This document shows positions 29,526-41,271 of a DNA stretch of 64,000 nt, one piece after another. The DNA lies in NCBI RefSeq assembly GCF_034007085.1, contig NZ_JAVERO010000001.1, positions 2,991-66,990 of the forward strand, in the 5' to 3' direction. Below the pieces are notes generated by a model. It was given only the letters and a program-made list of their open reading frames with translations, searched no databases and was not told the DNA's origin. This stretch comes from Castellaniella sp. (GTDB lineage: Bacteria > Pseudomonadota > Gammaproteobacteria > Burkholderiales > Burkholderiaceae_B). Each line of letters starts with the position of its first letter. The first letter of the stretch is position 1. The position numbers were made by a program, and so were the translations under genes.

Positions 29526-30863
29526 TCAACTGAAAAGCCGCGAGAAATCGTTGAACAGGGCCAGAACCATGAGTCCCAGGACGATTCCCAGTCCCAGGCG
29601 ATGGCTCAGGTCCCGGACCCGGTCAGACAATGGCCGCCCGCCGCGCAACGCCTCGATCAGATAGAACAGCAAATGGCCGCCATCCAGCATGGGGATGGGC
29701 AGCAGATTGAGCACGCCAATGCTGATGCTGATGAGCGCCAGGAAACCCAGATAGGATTCCAGGCCGACACGGGCCGAACGCCCGGCATATTCGGCGATCG
29801 TGACCGGACCCGTGACATTTTTCCAGGATACATCGCCCACCACCATCCGGCCCATCATGCGCAAGGTGAACAGGCTCATGTCGGCCGTGCGCCGCATGCC
29901 CTGCCACAGGCTGTCCACAGGCCCCAGGCGCACCAGCACCAGCGGCCGCTCGGCCTGGATCAGCGCGCCGATGCGGCCGGTCTCGAGGCCGTCTTCGCCG
30001 CGCTCGGGCCGGGGCGTCACGGACAGCGCGACTCGCGCCCCCTGGCGCAGCACGACCAGCGGCAGCGGCTGGCCCGCATGGGCCTGGACCGTCCGCACGA
30101 ACGCCTCGACGGAGGGATGTTCCATGTCACCGGCCATCAGGATCTGATCGCCGGTTCGCAGGCCCGCCTGTTCGGCAGCGCCACCCTGGACGAGTTCCCC
30201 CACCACCGGAACCGGCGCACGCAAGGCCAGGCCAGTGGCCAGGAGCGGGTCGGCCCCCCCTGGCGTCACGTCCTGGGGGTGCAGTCGCAGGGTGTCCGTG
30301 CGCAGCGAGCCGTCTGCGGATTGCAGCGTCAGGGCCACAGCGCCCCCCAGGGATAGTGGTTCGGCCAGCCGCCACCGCGCCTGGGTCCAGGAGGCGACGG
30401 GCTCGCCGGCCACGGCCGTCAAGGTGTCGCCGTCGCGCACACCGGCCTGGGCGGCGGGCGTACCGGCCTGCGGGGCCGCCAGCACGGCAGCGGGCTCCTG
30501 CGTGCCCCACAGTCCCAGAAAAGCGTAGATCAGGGCTGCCAGGGCCAGATTGGCCGCAGGCCCGGCCGCCACCACCGCCGCGCGCCAGATCAGCGGCTGG
30601 GCATTGAACACGGCGCGGCGCGTGGTCTCGTCGGCCCCTGGCGGGGCTTCGTCGAGCATCTTCACGTAGCCACCCAGGGGAATGGCCGATACCGCCCATT
30701 CGGTGCCGTGCCGATCACGGCGGCGCAGCAGCACCGGGCCGAAGCCGACCGAAAAACGCACGATCGGCACGCCAGCGCGACGTGCCACCCAGTAATGACC
30801 CAGCTCGTGGAACGTCACGAGCAAACCCAGGGCCAGAATGAAGGCGAACAATGTCAGGAGCAT
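29526..30863 (-). CDS. rseP: Site-2 zinc metalloprotease RseP
   Basis: HELGHYWVARRAGV (HExxH), PDZ region and LNLLPIPMLDGGH. Start at MLLTLFAF. Confidence 0.92.
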   Translation of the reverse strand: MLLTLFAFILALGLLVTFHELGHYWVARRAGVPIVRFSVGFGPVLLRRRDRHGTEWAVSAIPLGGYVKMLDEAPPGADETTRRAVFNAQPLIWRAAVVAAGPAANLALAALIYAFLGLWGTQEPAAVLAAPQAGTPAAQAGVRDGDTLTAVAGEPVASWTQARWRLAEPLSLGGAVALTLQSADGSLRTDTLRLHPQDVTPGGADPLLATGLALRAPVPVVGELVQGGAAEQAGLRTGDQILMAGDMEHPSVEAFVRTVQAHAGQPLPLVVLRQGARVALSVTPRPERGEDGLETGRIGALIQAERPLVLVRLGPVDSLWQGMRRTADMSLFTLRMMGRMVVGDVSWKNVTGPVTIAEYAGRSARVGLESYLGFLALISISIGVLNLLPIPMLDGGHLLFYLIEALRGGRPLSDRVRDLSHRLGLGIVLGLMVLALFNDFSRLFS

Positions 30864-30909
30864 GAAAAAGCGGGGAAAAAGAAACGGATCGTCCGGCCAG
30901 TTGAATATT

Positions 30910-32115
30910 TCAGCACGCCTGACAGAATCCCGCCGCAAGGCGACGCGCGCGCGCATCCAGATCGAGGATTTCTGCCAGGGAAGACGGGGTCTGCGTTCCG
31001 TGCGCCACGGAATCATCCAGGCAGTGCTCGATGATGGATGGGATCTGGGTATAGCGGATGCGTCCGCGCAAAAAGCCATCCACCGCGACCTCGTTGGCGG
31101 CATTCAGCGCAATGCAGGCGCCCTGCCCCTGCCCCAGCGCATCAAAGGACAAGCGCAGACAGGGGAACCGCGTCAGGTCCGGGGTTTCGAAATCCAGACG
31201 CCCCAGGCGGGTGAGTTCCAGCAGGCCGACGCCGCCGTCGATGCGCTCCGGATAGCCCAGGCCGTAGGCGATGGGGGTGCGCATGTCCGGCTGTCCCAGC
31301 TGGGCCAGGATGGACCCGTCCAGGTACTCGACCATGGAATGCACTACGCTCTGGGGGTGAATCACGACCTGGATACGCTCCATTGGCATGGCAAACAGCC
31401 AGTGCGCCTCGATGACCTCCAGCCCTTTGTTCAGCATGGTGGCCGAATCCACGGAAATTTTGCGACCCATGCGCCAATTGGGGTGTGCGCACGCCTGTTC
31501 CGGCGTGACGGATTCCAATTGATCCAGCGCCGTGCAACGGAATGGTCCGCCGGAAGCGGTAAGCAGCAGCCGGCGCACGCCAGCGGCCGGGCTTGCCGGC
31601 GCGCGCGCACGGTCAGCCGACTGAGGCAGGCACTGGAAGATGGCGTTGTGCTCGCTGTCGATGGGCAGCAATTCGGCGCCGGATTCGCGCACGGCCTGCA
31701 TGAACAGGCTGCCTGCCGCCACCAGGGCTTCTTTGTTGGCCAGCAGCACCCGCTTGCCGGCCCGCGCTGCCGCCAATGCGCCCGGCAGTCCGGCCGCCCC
31801 CACGATGGCGGCCATGACGGCCGTGACCTCTGGGTCGGCGGCCGTGTCCGCCAGCGCCTGGGCACCCTGGCGGATTTCCGGCAAGGGCCGGCCGGCGGGC
31901 CAGGCGGCCGTAAAGCGCATCCGGGCGGCATCGTCCGGCACGATCACCACCCGCGCGGCGTGCCGTGCGGCCTGTTCGGCCAACGATTCGACCCGGCCGT
32001 GTGCGCTCAGCGCGTAGACGGAAAAGCGATCCGGGTGACGCGCCACCACGTCCAGCGTGCTCACGCCGATGGAACCGGTCGAGCCGAGGATGCAGAGACG
32101 TTGCTGAACGGACAT
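30910..32115 (-). CDS. dxr: 1-deoxy-D-xylulose 5-phosphate reductoisomerase
   Basis: [20 protein letters not shown] motif, LANKE, and [11 protein letters not shown]. Confidence 0.95.
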   Translation of the reverse strand: MSVQQRLCILGSTGSIGVSTLDVVARHPDRFSVYALSAHGRVESLAEQAARHAARVVIVPDDAARMRFTAAWPAGRPLPEIRQGAQALADTAADPEVTAVMAAIVGAAGLPGALAAARAGKRVLLANKEALVAAGSLFMQAVRESGAELLPIDSEHNAIFQCLPQSADRARAPASPAAGVRRLLLTASGGPFRCTALDQLESVTPEQACAHPNWRMGRKISVDSATMLNKGLEVIEAHWLFAMPMERIQVVIHPQSVVHSMVEYLDGSILAQLGQPDMRTPIAYGLGYPERIDGGVGLLELTRLGRLDFETPDLTRFPCLRLSFDALGQGQGACIALNAANEVAVDGFLRGRIRYTQIPSIIEHCLDDSVAHGTQTPSSLAEILDLDARARRLAAGFCQAC

Positions 32116-32146
32116 GGTGTCGGAACCCGTGGATATGCAGGAAAAA

Positions 32147-32989
32147 TCAGAGACTCGTCAGCAGCAGCAGCGCGGCGGCGGGCGCCACCGGCAACACTGC
32201 GTCGATGCGATCGTACACCCCGCCATGGCCCGGCAGGAGCTGGCTGGAATCCTTGACCCCCGCGCGACGCTTGAGCAGTGATTCGAACAGGTCGCCGACG
32301 ATGGACCAGGCCGCCAGCGCGACCCCGACCCCGAGCACGCCCACCCAGCCAATGCCCATCACCAGCAATGCGCCAAAACTGCCCGGCCACCACAGGGCCG
32401 TGGCAAGCAGCCACACAGTGGCCGCCAGGATGCCGCCAGCGGCGCCTTCCAGTGTCTTGCCGGGACTGACACGTGGTGCCAGCTTGTGACGCCCCAGGGC
32501 ACGACCCGTGAAATAGGCGGCGATGTCGGCAGCCCAGATCAGCGCCCACAGACTGATCAGCGCCGCCGCGCCATGACGCAGGAAGATCCAGGCCAGGGCA
32601 TACCAGGTCGCGGCCAGAAGCAGTCCGCCGGTTGCGGCCAGCAGCGCCGGCCGGCAGGCATCGGGGACCCGGGCATGCGCCACGGCCAACGGGGCGACGG
32701 CCAGCCAGAACAGCAGCGCCAGCGGCAGCAGAATCGACCCGAAAACCGTTTCCAGCGCTGGCCGGCCGTCGACCAGCCAGCGAGACAGCAGCGCCAGAGC
32801 CAGCGCAGCCAGTAGCGCCCCTCCCCAGCGCACGGCAGCGCCGTCCATGACCAGCCGCAGCCATTCCCACAGCGCGCAGACCGTCATCAGCCCCAGCAGG
32901 GCCAGCATCGGCCAGGGTGTCGGAGCCATCACGGCGGCCACCACGATCAACAGCAGGACAATGGCGGTGAGGATGCGCTGGCGCAACAT
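32147..32989 (-). CDS. cdsA: Phosphatidate cytidylyltransferase
   Basis: Polytopic membrane protein with [27 protein letters not shown] signature. Start at MLRQRILTA. Confidence 0.9.
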   Translation of the reverse strand: MLRQRILTAIVLLLIVVAAVMAPTPWPMLALLGLMTVCALWEWLRLVMDGAAVRWGGALLAALALALLSRWLVDGRPALETVFGSILLPLALLFWLAVAPLAVAHARVPDACRPALLAATGGLLLAATWYALAWIFLRHGAAALISLWALIWAADIAAYFTGRALGRHKLAPRVSPGKTLEGAAGGILAATVWLLATALWWPGSFGALLVMGIGWVGVLGVGVALAAWSIVGDLFESLLKRRAGVKDSSQLLPGHGGVYDRIDAVLPVAPAAALLLLTSL

Positions 32990-33020
32990 GGATGGCGTTC
33001 CTTTCTGGGCCGGTTCGCGT

Positions 33021-33788
33021 TTATTTCGAGGCGTCGCGCAACTGGGCGCTGGTGCGGCCAAAGCGCCGTTCGCGGCCCTTGTACCATGCGAAAGCCCGGT
33101 CAAGCTGCGCCGCATCGAAATCCGGCCACCAGCAATCGGTGAAATACAGTTCAGTATAGGCCAGCTGCCAGACCAGGAAATTGGAGATGCGCTGTTCTCC
33201 GCCCGTGCGAATGAACAGGTCGGGCTCGGGCGCATAAGCCATGGCCAGCCAGGGTGTCAGGGCTGCCTCGTCCAGTGCCTCGGGATGGGCGGCGAGATCG
33301 GGCCGAGCGGCCAGCAGCGCCCGGGTTGCCTGGAGAATATCCCATCGACCACCGTAATTGGCGGCAATGGTCAGCGTCAGAGCCGATTGCCCGGCCGTCC
33401 GGCGTTCGGCAGCTTCGATCAGGCCGCGCAGATGGGGGTCGAAGGCTGATAGATCGCCGACCACGCGCAGGCGCACTCCCTGCTCTTCCAGGCGCCCGAC
33501 TTCTTTTTCCAGGGTGCGCACAAACAAGCGCATCAGCAGGGAGACTTCCTGGGCCGGGCGGCGCCAGTTCTCGGAACTGAAGGCAAACAGTGTCAGGTAG
33601 CGCACGCCCCGGCGACCGCAGGCCTCGACGATGCGGCGCACGGCCTGGACGCCGCGCACATGCCCTGCCGTGCGCGGCAGCATTCGCTGGGTTGCCCAGC
33701 GGCCATTGCCATCCATGATGATGGCGACGTGCCGGGGCACGTCCCCGGTCTCGGGAATGGCAAGTGTGGAGGAAGGGGTTTCGATCAT
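33021..33788 (-). CDS. uppS: Undecaprenyl diphosphate synthase (isoprenyl transferase)
   Basis: [13 protein letters not shown] and FSSENWRRP motifs; 255 aa. Confidence 0.95.
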   Translation of the reverse strand: MIETPSSTLAIPETGDVPRHVAIIMDGNGRWATQRMLPRTAGHVRGVQAVRRIVEACGRRGVRYLTLFAFSSENWRRPAQEVSLLMRLFVRTLEKEVGRLEEQGVRLRVVGDLSAFDPHLRGLIEAAERRTAGQSALTLTIAANYGGRWDILQATRALLAARPDLAAHPEALDEAALTPWLAMAYAPEPDLFIRTGGEQRISNFLVWQLAYTELYFTDCWWPDFDAAQLDRAFAWYKGRERRFGRTSAQLRDASK

Positions 33789-33816
33789 GGGCCGGGCGTC
33801 TTGCGCGGACGGCCGA

Positions 33817-34377
33817 TCAGACCGTCATGATCTCGGCTTCCTTCTGGGCGACCAATTTGTCGATTTCGGCCACGTAGCGATCAGTGAGTTTCTGGACTTC
33901 GTCCTGGCCGCGGCGGTCTTCGTCTTCGGAGATTTCCTTGTCCTTGACGAGTTTTTTCAGGGCCTCGTTGGCCTCGCGGCGCAGATTGCGCACGGCGACC
34001 TTGGCATCCTCGCCTTCGCCGCGCACGACCTTGGTCAGGTCCCGGCGGCGCTCTTCGGTCAACGCCGGCATCGGCACGCGGATATTGTCGCCCATGGCGA
34101 TCGGATTCAGCCCCAGGTCCGATTCGCGGATGGCTTTTTCGACCGGCCCCGCCATTGTCTTTTCCCAGACCTGCACACCCAGCGTGCGGGCGTCGATCAC
34201 CGTCACGTTGGCCACCTGGCTGACCGGCACGGGCGAACCATAGTATTCGACCTGCACGTGATCCAGAATCCCGGCATGGGCCCGGCCCGTGCGGATCTTG
34301 GCCAGGCTGGTCTTCAGGGCTTCGATGGATTTGCCCATGCGCTCGTCTGCCGAGCGACGAATGTCGGAAAGGCTCAT
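33817..34377 (-). CDS. frr: Ribosome recycling factor
   Basis: 186 aa from [36 protein letters not shown] is canonical. Confidence 0.95.
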   Translation of the reverse strand: MSLSDIRRSADERMGKSIEALKTSLAKIRTGRAHAGILDHVQVEYYGSPVPVSQVANVTVIDARTLGVQVWEKTMAGPVEKAIRESDLGLNPIAMGDNIRVPMPALTEERRRDLTKVVRGEGEDAKVAVRNLRREANEALKKLVKDKEISEDEDRRGQDEVQKLTDRYVAEIDKLVAQKEAEIMTV

Positions 34378-34385
34378 GAGGATTC

Positions 34386-35102
34386 CTATACCTGAACCAG
34401 GGTGCCTTCGTCCTCGCCGCAGACGACGCGCCGGAGGGCTCCTGGTTTGTTGATCGAAAAGACCTTGATCGGCAATTTTTGGTCGCGGCACAGCGCGAAT
34501 GCCGTGGCATCCATGACTTCGAGGCGGCGTACGATGGCCTCGTCGAAGCTGATGCAAGAATACCGCGTGGCGTTCGGGTCCTTGTTCGGATCGGCGCTGT
34601 AGATGCCATCGACCTTGGTGGCCTTGAGCACGATTTCGGCGCCGACTTCGGCGCCGCGCAGCGCAGCGGCCGTATCGGTGGTGAAGAATGGGTTACCCGT
34701 GCCGGCCGCGAAAATGACGACCTTGCCTTCTTCCAGGTAACGCAGTGCCTTGGGGCGAATGTAGCGTTCCACCACCTGATCGATGTTCAGCGCCGACTGC
34801 ACCCGGGCATCCACGCCCTGATTTTTCAGTGCGTCCTGCAATGCCAGGCCATTCATGACGGTGGCCAGCATGCCCATGTAGTCGGCTGTGGCGCGGTCCA
34901 TGCCCTGCGCGCCAGGCGCCACACCACGAAAGATATTGCCCCCGCCGATCACCACGGCCAGTTGGACCCCGAGGGACACGACGCCATGGATTTCCTCGGT
35001 CATGCGAAGGATGGTCGCGCGGTTGATGCCGAAGGCATCGCCGCCCATCAGAGCCTCGCCCGAGAGTTTCAGGAGAACGCGCTTGTAGGCAGGGGTGGGC
35101 AT
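34386..35102 (-). CDS. pyrH: UMP kinase
   Basis: [15 protein letters not shown] and [10 protein letters not shown] motifs; 238 aa. Confidence 0.95.
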   Translation of the reverse strand: MPTPAYKRVLLKLSGEALMGGDAFGINRATILRMTEEIHGVVSLGVQLAVVIGGGNIFRGVAPGAQGMDRATADYMGMLATVMNGLALQDALKNQGVDARVQSALNIDQVVERYIRPKALRYLEEGKVVIFAAGTGNPFFTTDTAAALRGAEVGAEIVLKATKVDGIYSADPNKDPNATRYSCISFDEAIVRRLEVMDATAFALCRDQKLPIKVFSINKPGALRRVVCGEDEGTLVQV

Positions 35103-35212
35103 GCAAGATTCCTGGAAGGAGTAATCAGCGTAGAGCAGCACGGAGCCGGACACAGCGTCCCCGGCGTTGTTGTTAAGGGGCCCGTCCAGGCCAGCCGGAC
35201 AGGCCAGACGCG

Positions 35213-35245
35213 GCCCATCGCGACAGCCCGGCTGTCGCGATGGGC
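35213..35245. other. Perfect 15-bp stem / 3-nt loop hairpin in the tsf-pyrH intergenic region
   Basis: GCCCATCGCGACAGC-CCG-GCTGTCGCGATGGGC. There is no U-tract on the transcribed (minus) strand, so it is not a canonical intrinsic terminator. Confidence 0.7.
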
Positions 35246-35307
35246 GCACGGCGCGGCAGAACGGGCACTGGATGGCGATGCGCCATCGTACCCGAAATCA
35301 ACCTGAA

Positions 35308-36183
35308 TCAGGAACCGCTGGCCGCCGCAGCCACTTCAGCCGCGAAGTCCTCGGATTTTTTCTCGATGCCCTCGCCCACCACGAACAGCGCGTAGCGATT
35401 GATGCGGGCCGATTTTTCCTTGAGCATCTGCTCGACGGTCTGCTTGTCGTTCTTGACGAAAGGCTGCGACAGCAGCGTGACTTCCTTCAGGAATTTCTGC
35501 ACGGAACCTTCGACCATCTTGGCGACGATTTCAGCCGGCTTGCCGGATTCGGCCGCCTTCTGTTCGGCCACGGACCGTTCGGCGGCGATCAGCGCGGGAT
35601 CCACGCCATCGGCATTCAGGGCGCGGGGCTTGGTCGCGGCAATGTGCATCGCCAGGTCCTTGCCGACTTCGTCGGCGCCGGCAAAATCAACCAGCACGCC
35701 GATGCGCCCGCCATGCACATAGCTGTTCAGGCCGTCGGTGGTGTCGAAACGCTGGAAGCGGCGCACCGACATGTTTTCGCCGATCTTGCCCACCAGGCTG
35801 GTGCGCACGGATTCGACGGTGCCATCACCCATGGCGCACGCATTCAGCGCATCCAGATCGGCGGGATTGTTTTCAGTGGCGATGCGGGCCAGGTCATTGA
35901 CGAAAGCGATGAAATCATCGTTCTTGGCAACGAAGTCCGTTTCGCAGTTGACTTCGACCAGAGCGCCGGATTTGCCATCGGCAGCAATGTGCAGGCCGAT
36001 CAGCCCTTCGGCCGTGATGCGGTTGGCCGCCTTGGATGCCTTGCTGCCCAGCTTGACGCGCAGCAGTTCCTCGGCGCGAGCCAGATCGCCATCGGCCTCG
36101 GTCAGGGCCTTTTTGCATTCCATCATGGGCGCGTCGGTCTTCTCGCGCAGTTCCTTGACCATGGCGGCAGTGATTTGAGCCAT
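35308..36183 (-). CDS. tsf: Elongation factor Ts
   Basis: [30 protein letters not shown]-like N-terminus; 291 aa. Confidence 0.96.
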   Translation of the reverse strand: MAQITAAMVKELREKTDAPMMECKKALTEADGDLARAEELLRVKLGSKASKAANRITAEGLIGLHIAADGKSGALVEVNCETDFVAKNDDFIAFVNDLARIATENNPADLDALNACAMGDGTVESVRTSLVGKIGENMSVRRFQRFDTTDGLNSYVHGGRIGVLVDFAGADEVGKDLAMHIAATKPRALNADGVDPALIAAERSVAEQKAAESGKPAEIVAKMVEGSVQKFLKEVTLLSQPFVKNDKQTVEQMLKEKSARINRYALFVVGEGIEKKSEDFAAEVAAAASGS

Positions 36184-36281
36184 TGTGTTCTCTCCTGTTC
36201 AATCAATGCGCGCGCCGACCGGCGGCGCGCGACGGGTCCGCCGCCAGATGACGGCGGGCCGGGGCGGCAGCGGGCAGGAAG

Positions 36282-37034
36282 TTATTCCTGATCCTGGTCC
36301 TGCTCGACCTCGATGAATTCCTCGCCTTCGGCCAGTTCCTCGACCAGGCCATTGAGGCTCTGTTCGCGGCCGGCGAGCACGGCGTCGGCCATGCCACGGG
36401 CATACAAGGCAATCGCCTTGGAGGAGTCGTCATTGCCCGGAATGACGTGATCAATGCCTTCGGGGGAATGGTTGGTATCGACCACGCCGACCACCGGGAT
36501 GCCCAGGGTCCGGGCCTCGGCCACGGCAATCTTGTGGTAGCCGACGTCGATCACGAACAACGCGTCGGGCAGCATGTTCATTTCCTTGATGCCGCCGATA
36601 GACTTGTTGAGCTTGTCCATTTCGCGCGCGAACATGAGCGCTTCTTTTTTGCTCATGTGCTCGGTGGCGCCTTCGGCCTGCTGGGCTTCCATGTCCTTGA
36701 GGCGCTTGATCGAGGTCTTGACCGTCTTGAAATTGGTCATCATGCCGCCCAGCCAGCGGCTGTCGACGTAGGGCATGCCGCAGCGCTGGGCCTCGGCGGC
36801 GACCAGTTCACGCGCGGAGCGCTTGGTGCCCACGAACAGCACATTGCCGCCGCGTGCGGCGACCTGGCGCACGAACTGGCTGGCCTCCAGGTATTTTTCA
36901 ACCGTGCGTTCGAGGTTGACGATATGAATCTTGTTGCGTTGGCCGAAGATGTATTCGGCCATCTTCGGGTTCCAGTAACGGGTCTGGTGGCCAAAATGCA
37001 CACCGGCTTCCAGCATTTCGCGCATGAGCGACAT
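36282..37034 (-). CDS. rpsB: 30S ribosomal protein S2
   Basis: [22 protein letters not shown] is canonical S2; 250 aa. Confidence 0.96.
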   Translation of the reverse strand: MSLMREMLEAGVHFGHQTRYWNPKMAEYIFGQRNKIHIVNLERTVEKYLEASQFVRQVAARGGNVLFVGTKRSARELVAAEAQRCGMPYVDSRWLGGMMTNFKTVKTSIKRLKDMEAQQAEGATEHMSKKEALMFAREMDKLNKSIGGIKEMNMLPDALFVIDVGYHKIAVAEARTLGIPVVGVVDTNHSPEGIDHVIPGNDDSSKAIALYARGMADAVLAGREQSLNGLVEELAEGEEFIEVEQDQDQE

Positions 37035-37217
37035 GAAAATTCTCCGATAGGGTTCAGTCTTGTACCAGGCCAGTATCCGGGACTAACATGAAAAAGCCGA
37101 ATCCTGAAATATCGACGTTTTTCACATAGGCCGCGCACACCCTTGGGCGGCCAGGCACGCTATTTACAGCTAAGCCTATAATTCTACTATTCATCTCGTC
37201 CATACAGCAAGCAACCC

Positions 37218-38036
37218 ATGGTCCCCGTCATCACCGATCCCCTCGAACTCGACCAGATGCGCGCCGCCTGCCAGGCCGCCGCCAGCATCCTCGATTACCT
37301 TGAACCCCATGTGCGTGCCGGGGTCACAACGGGAGAACTCGAACGCCTGTGCATGGATTACCTCACCAACACGTTACACGTGCAATCGGCCACCGTGGGC
37401 TACGCCCCCCCAGGCTATCCGCCCTTTCCGGCCTCCATCTGCATTTCGGTCAACCACGTCATCTGCCATGGCATCCCCGGTGACAAGGTCCTGAAGAACG
37501 GCGACATCCTGAACATGGACATCACCATCATCAAGGATGGCTGGTTCGGCGACACCAGCCGCATGTACTGCGTGGGAGAACCGTCCATCCTGGCCCGTCG
37601 CCTGATCGACACCACCTATGAATGCATGTGGCTGGGCATCGAGCAGGTCCGTCCGGGTGCCACCCTGGGCGACATCGGGCACGCCATCCAGAAACACGCG
37701 GAACGAGCCGGCTTTTCCGTGGTGCGCGAATACTGCGGCCATGGCGTAGGACGCCGTTTCCATCAGGACCCGCAGGTACTGCACTATGGCAAGCCCGGCA
37801 CCGGCCTGCGCCTGGAACCCGGCATGATTTTCACGATCGAGCCCATGATCAATGCCGGCCGCCGCGAAATCCGCACCTTGGCCGACCAGTGGACAGTCGT
37901 CACGCGCGACCACAGCCTGTCGGCCCAATGGGAACACAGCGTTCTGGTCACCGATGGCGGCTACGAAGTGCTGACGGTCTCGCCTGGCATGCCGTCGCCG
38001 CCCGCCTTCGTCCAGGGCGAAGTCAGCCGCGCGTAA
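37218..38036 (+). CDS. map: Type I methionine aminopeptidase
   Basis: ICHGIP, DITIIKDGWFGDTSRMY, GHGVGRRFH and EHSVLVT metal-ligand motifs. Confidence 0.95.
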   Translation: MVPVITDPLELDQMRAACQAAASILDYLEPHVRAGVTTGELERLCMDYLTNTLHVQSATVGYAPPGYPPFPASICISVNHVICHGIPGDKVLKNGDILNMDITIIKDGWFGDTSRMYCVGEPSILARRLIDTTYECMWLGIEQVRPGATLGDIGHAIQKHAERAGFSVVREYCGHGVGRRFHQDPQVLHYGKPGTGLRLEPGMIFTIEPMINAGRREIRTLADQWTVVTRDHSLSAQWEHSVLVTDGGYEVLTVSPGMPSPPAFVQGEVSRA

Positions 38037-38051
38037 CGCCAGGCGGGCGCC

Positions 38052-40703
38052 ATGCAGCAGAAACGCCCTGCCGCCGTTGCTGCCGGCCAGGATCCGGTCC
38101 AGGCGACCCTGTCCGACTTGCGCGCCCGGATGCAGGCCCGCCGGTCCGAGGCCATCCAGGCATGGCGCGTGCACCTGCGCCCCGACACGCTGCTGGCCGC
38201 CTTGCGGCGGATTGCCGACGGAACACTGCGCAGCCTGCTGAAGACGCTTCCCCTGCCGGCTGGTGCCTGCGTGGCAGCCGTCGGCGGCTATGGCCGGGGC
38301 GAACTCTATCCCGGCTCCGATCTGGACATCCTGATCCTTCTGGAACACGCCCCCGATGCGGGCGACCGTGCGCGCATCGAAGCCCTGGTCGCCGCCCTGT
38401 GGGACATCGGACTGGAACCCGGCCTGAGCGTGCGTACCCTGGATCAATGCCGACACGAAGCCGCTGCCGACATCACCGTGCAGACCTCGCTGCTGGAGGC
38501 CCGCTGGCTGGCTGGCGGGCGGGCGCTGTTCCAACGTTTTCGTGAACAGATGCGGCTGGACCTGGACCCCCAGGACTTCTATCTGGCCAAGCGCACCGAA
38601 ATGCAGCAGCGGCATGCCCGTCATCAGGACACGCCCTACGCACTGGAGCCCAACTGCAAGGAATCCCCTGGCGGGTTGCGCGACCTGCAAGTGCTGTTGT
38701 GGCTGGCGCGCGCGGCAGGCCTGGGCACGAACTGGACGGCCGTCGCACGCACCGATCTGCTGACATCCGCCGAATTCCGCGCCCTGCGGCGGGCCGAACT
38801 GGCCTTCAAGCGTCTGCGCATCGAACTGCATCTGCTGGCCGGACGCCGCGAAGATCGCCTGTTGTTCGACCTGCAGCTGCGTCTGGCCCAGGTCTATGGC
38901 TTCGTCGACCAGCCGCACAGGCGAGCCAGCGAACTGCTGATGCAGCGCTACTACTGGGCCGCCCGCGTCGTCTGCCAGGTCAATCGCCTGTTGATGCTGA
39001 CGCTGGAAGAACGCCTGTTCCCTCGACCGCAGGATGACTCCATCGCCCTGGACGAGGATTTCTGCATTCGCCGCAGGCGGCTGGCCCTGGTCCATGAGGA
39101 TGCCTTCGAACGCAAGCCCGGGCTGCTGCTGAAAGTCTTCCTGGTCACGCAGCAACACCCGGAACTGCAAGGCATGGCGGCAGGCACCCTGCGGGCCATG
39201 TGGCACGCCCGGCACCGCATCGATCGGGCGTTCCGCGACGACCCGGCCAACCGTGGCCTGTTTCTCGAAATTCTGCGCCAGCCACGCGGCATCGTCCATG
39301 CCCTGCGCGACATGACGATGTGGAATATCCTGCCGCGCTATCTGCCTGCCTTCCGACGCATCGTCGGACAGATGCAGCACGATCTGTTCCATGCCTACAC
39401 CGTGGATCAGCACATCCTGATGGTGATCCGCAATCTGCGGCGTTTCACCATGCCGGAGCACGCCCAGGAATATCCCCTGGCCAGTCAGCTGATCGCCGAC
39501 CTGGACGAACACTGGCTGCTGTATGTGGCCGCCCTGTTCCATGACATTGCCAAAGGCCGTGGCGGCGACCATTCGCAGCTGGGCGCTGCCGAAGTCCGGC
39601 GCTTCGCGCGCCGACACGGGCTGTCCCGCGAGGCCTCCGATCTGCTGGAATTCCTGGTGCGCGAACACCTGACCCTGTCCCAGGTGGCCCAAAAGCGCGA
39701 CTTGAGCGATCCTCGGGTGATTCATGAGTTTGCCGCCCGGGTCGGTTCCAGGCGGCGGCTGGCGGCCCTGTATCTGCTGACAGTGGCAGACATCCGCGGC
39801 ACCAGCCCCAAGGTCTGGAACACCTGGAAAGGCAAGCTGCTGGAAAATCTGTACCACCAGACGCTCGCGGCCCTGGGCGGCGAGCAGCCCGACACCCGGA
39901 CCATCCTGGCCCTGCGCAAGGAAGCCGCGGCCGCCGAAGTCCGCAGGATGGGCTTGCGCGACGACAGCCGCGAAGCCTTCTGGTCCCAGTTGGACGTGGC
40001 CTATTTCCTGCGCCATGACGCCAACGAGATCGCCTGGCACACGCGGCACCTGTACCACTGTTTCCAGGGGCCGGATCCGGTTGTGCGCGCTCGTGTCCTG
40101 GGCCAGGGCGAGGCCCTGCAGATCATGGCCTACGCGCCCGACCGGCCAGACCTGTTCATGGATATCTGCACCTATTTCGACCGCCACGGGCTGAGCATCC
40201 AGGACGCCCGCATTCACACCACGCGCCAAGGCTGGGCGCTGGACAGTTTCATCGTGCTGCTGCCCGAACACAGCCGGGATCACCGGTCCTATGCCACCCT
40301 GATCGAACACGAACTGCGGGCTGCGCTGGCCGACAGCCGGGCAAGTGCCCGGGAAGCCCCCGCGCCGCATCAAGGATCGCGCCGTTCCCGGGCTTTTCCG
40401 ATCATGCCCAGCGTCACCCTGCAGCCCGACGAACAAGGCGGCAACTGGCGGCTGTCCGTCACGGCCGCTGATCGCGTGGGCCTGCTGCATGATCTGGCCC
40501 AGGTCTTCGCCCGCCACGATGTCAGCCTGAAAATGGCCAAGATCATGACCCTGGGTGATCGGGTGGAAGATATCTTCATCCTCGACGGCCCTGGCCTGGA
40601 ACACCCTCGCAGCCAGATGCAATTCGAACGCCAGGTGCTGGAAGCCCTGGGGGTGGCTGCCCCCTCTTCCCTCTCTTTTTCTTCACCCCCCCAATCCCAA
40701 TAA
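38052..40703 (+). CDS. glnD: Bifunctional [protein-PII] uridylyltransferase/uridylyl-removing enzyme
   Basis: Nucleotidyltransferase GGYGRGELYPGSDLDILIL, HD domain (LFHDIAKGRGGDH) and two C-terminal ACT domains; 883 aa. Confidence 0.93.
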   Translation: MQQKRPAAVAAGQDPVQATLSDLRARMQARRSEAIQAWRVHLRPDTLLAALRRIADGTLRSLLKTLPLPAGACVAAVGGYGRGELYPGSDLDILILLEHAPDAGDRARIEALVAALWDIGLEPGLSVRTLDQCRHEAAADITVQTSLLEARWLAGGRALFQRFREQMRLDLDPQDFYLAKRTEMQQRHARHQDTPYALEPNCKESPGGLRDLQVLLWLARAAGLGTNWTAVARTDLLTSAEFRALRRAELAFKRLRIELHLLAGRREDRLLFDLQLRLAQVYGFVDQPHRRASELLMQRYYWAARVVCQVNRLLMLTLEERLFPRPQDDSIALDEDFCIRRRRLALVHEDAFERKPGLLLKVFLVTQQHPELQGMAAGTLRAMWHARHRIDRAFRDDPANRGLFLEILRQPRGIVHALRDMTMWNILPRYLPAFRRIVGQMQHDLFHAYTVDQHILMVIRNLRRFTMPEHAQEYPLASQLIADLDEHWLLYVAALFHDIAKGRGGDHSQLGAAEVRRFARRHGLSREASDLLEFLVREHLTLSQVAQKRDLSDPRVIHEFAARVGSRRRLAALYLLTVADIRGTSPKVWNTWKGKLLENLYHQTLAALGGEQPDTRTILALRKEAAAAEVRRMGLRDDSREAFWSQLDVAYFLRHDANEIAWHTRHLYHCFQGPDPVVRARVLGQGEALQIMAYAPDRPDLFMDICTYFDRHGLSIQDARIHTTRQGWALDSFIVLLPEHSRDHRSYATLIEHELRAALADSRASAREAPAPHQGSRRSRAFPIMPSVTLQPDEQGGNWRLSVTAADRVGLLHDLAQVFARHDVSLKMAKIMTLGDRVEDIFILDGPGLEHPRSQMQFERQVLEALGVAAPSSLSFSSPPQSQ

Positions 40704-40704
40704 C

Positions 40705-41217
40705 ATGACGCTGACACGATCCGACCGTCTTCTGCGCCTCATCGGCCTGCTGTGCCTGGCTGCCGTGGGCTTCGCCCTGATTTCGCAACATGCGTTCGGC
40801 ATGCCGCCCTGCGCCTGGTGCGTGCTGCAGCGGCTCATCCTGCTGGCCATCGCAGCCGTCTGCAGCCTGGCGAGCATGGGCTGGAAATCGCCCGTCGCGC
40901 GCCGCGCCGGTGCAATCACGGCCGCAGCCCTGGCGGTATGCGGCATCGCCGTCGCCTGGTACCAGCACAGCGTCGCCTCGCAGATGCTGTCTTGCGCGCA
41001 GACCTTCGCCGATCGTTTCATTTCGGCATCGGGTCTGGATGCCGCCCTGCCCTGGCTGTTCGGCATCTACGCCAGTTGCATGAACGCCCGCGTCAATCTG
41101 CTGGGGGTGGAATATGCCTTGTGGAGCCTGGCGCTGTTCGTCCTGTGCGCCGTGCTGGCGCTGGCCGCATTGCGTGCAGCCTGGACTGCGCCGGAACGCC
41201 GATCAACGTCCCGTTAG
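40705..41217 (+). CDS. dsbB: Disulfide bond formation protein B
   Basis: Four-TM protein with a PCAWCVLQR CxxC pair and a second Cys pair (C...C) in the later loop. Start at MTLTRSDRL, just after the glnD stop. Confidence 0.8.
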   Translation: MTLTRSDRLLRLIGLLCLAAVGFALISQHAFGMPPCAWCVLQRLILLAIAAVCSLASMGWKSPVARRAGAITAAALAVCGIAVAWYQHSVASQMLSCAQTFADRFISASGLDAALPWLFGIYASCMNARVNLLGVEYALWSLALFVLCAVLALAALRAAWTAPERRSTSR

Positions 41218-41271
41218 ATCGATCGGCTGCCCGTCGAGCAAAGTTCCCCGCAAGGCGAAGCGCAGGGAAAT

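Noticed and set aside
37374-40622. 1082-aa ORF on the minus strand, the longest ORF in the track
   Set aside because: It lies entirely antisense to map and glnD, which have unambiguous domain signatures. Its translation is low-complexity G/A/Q/H/R/D-rich with no recognisable motif. This is the typical stop-codon-poor antisense frame of high-GC DNA.
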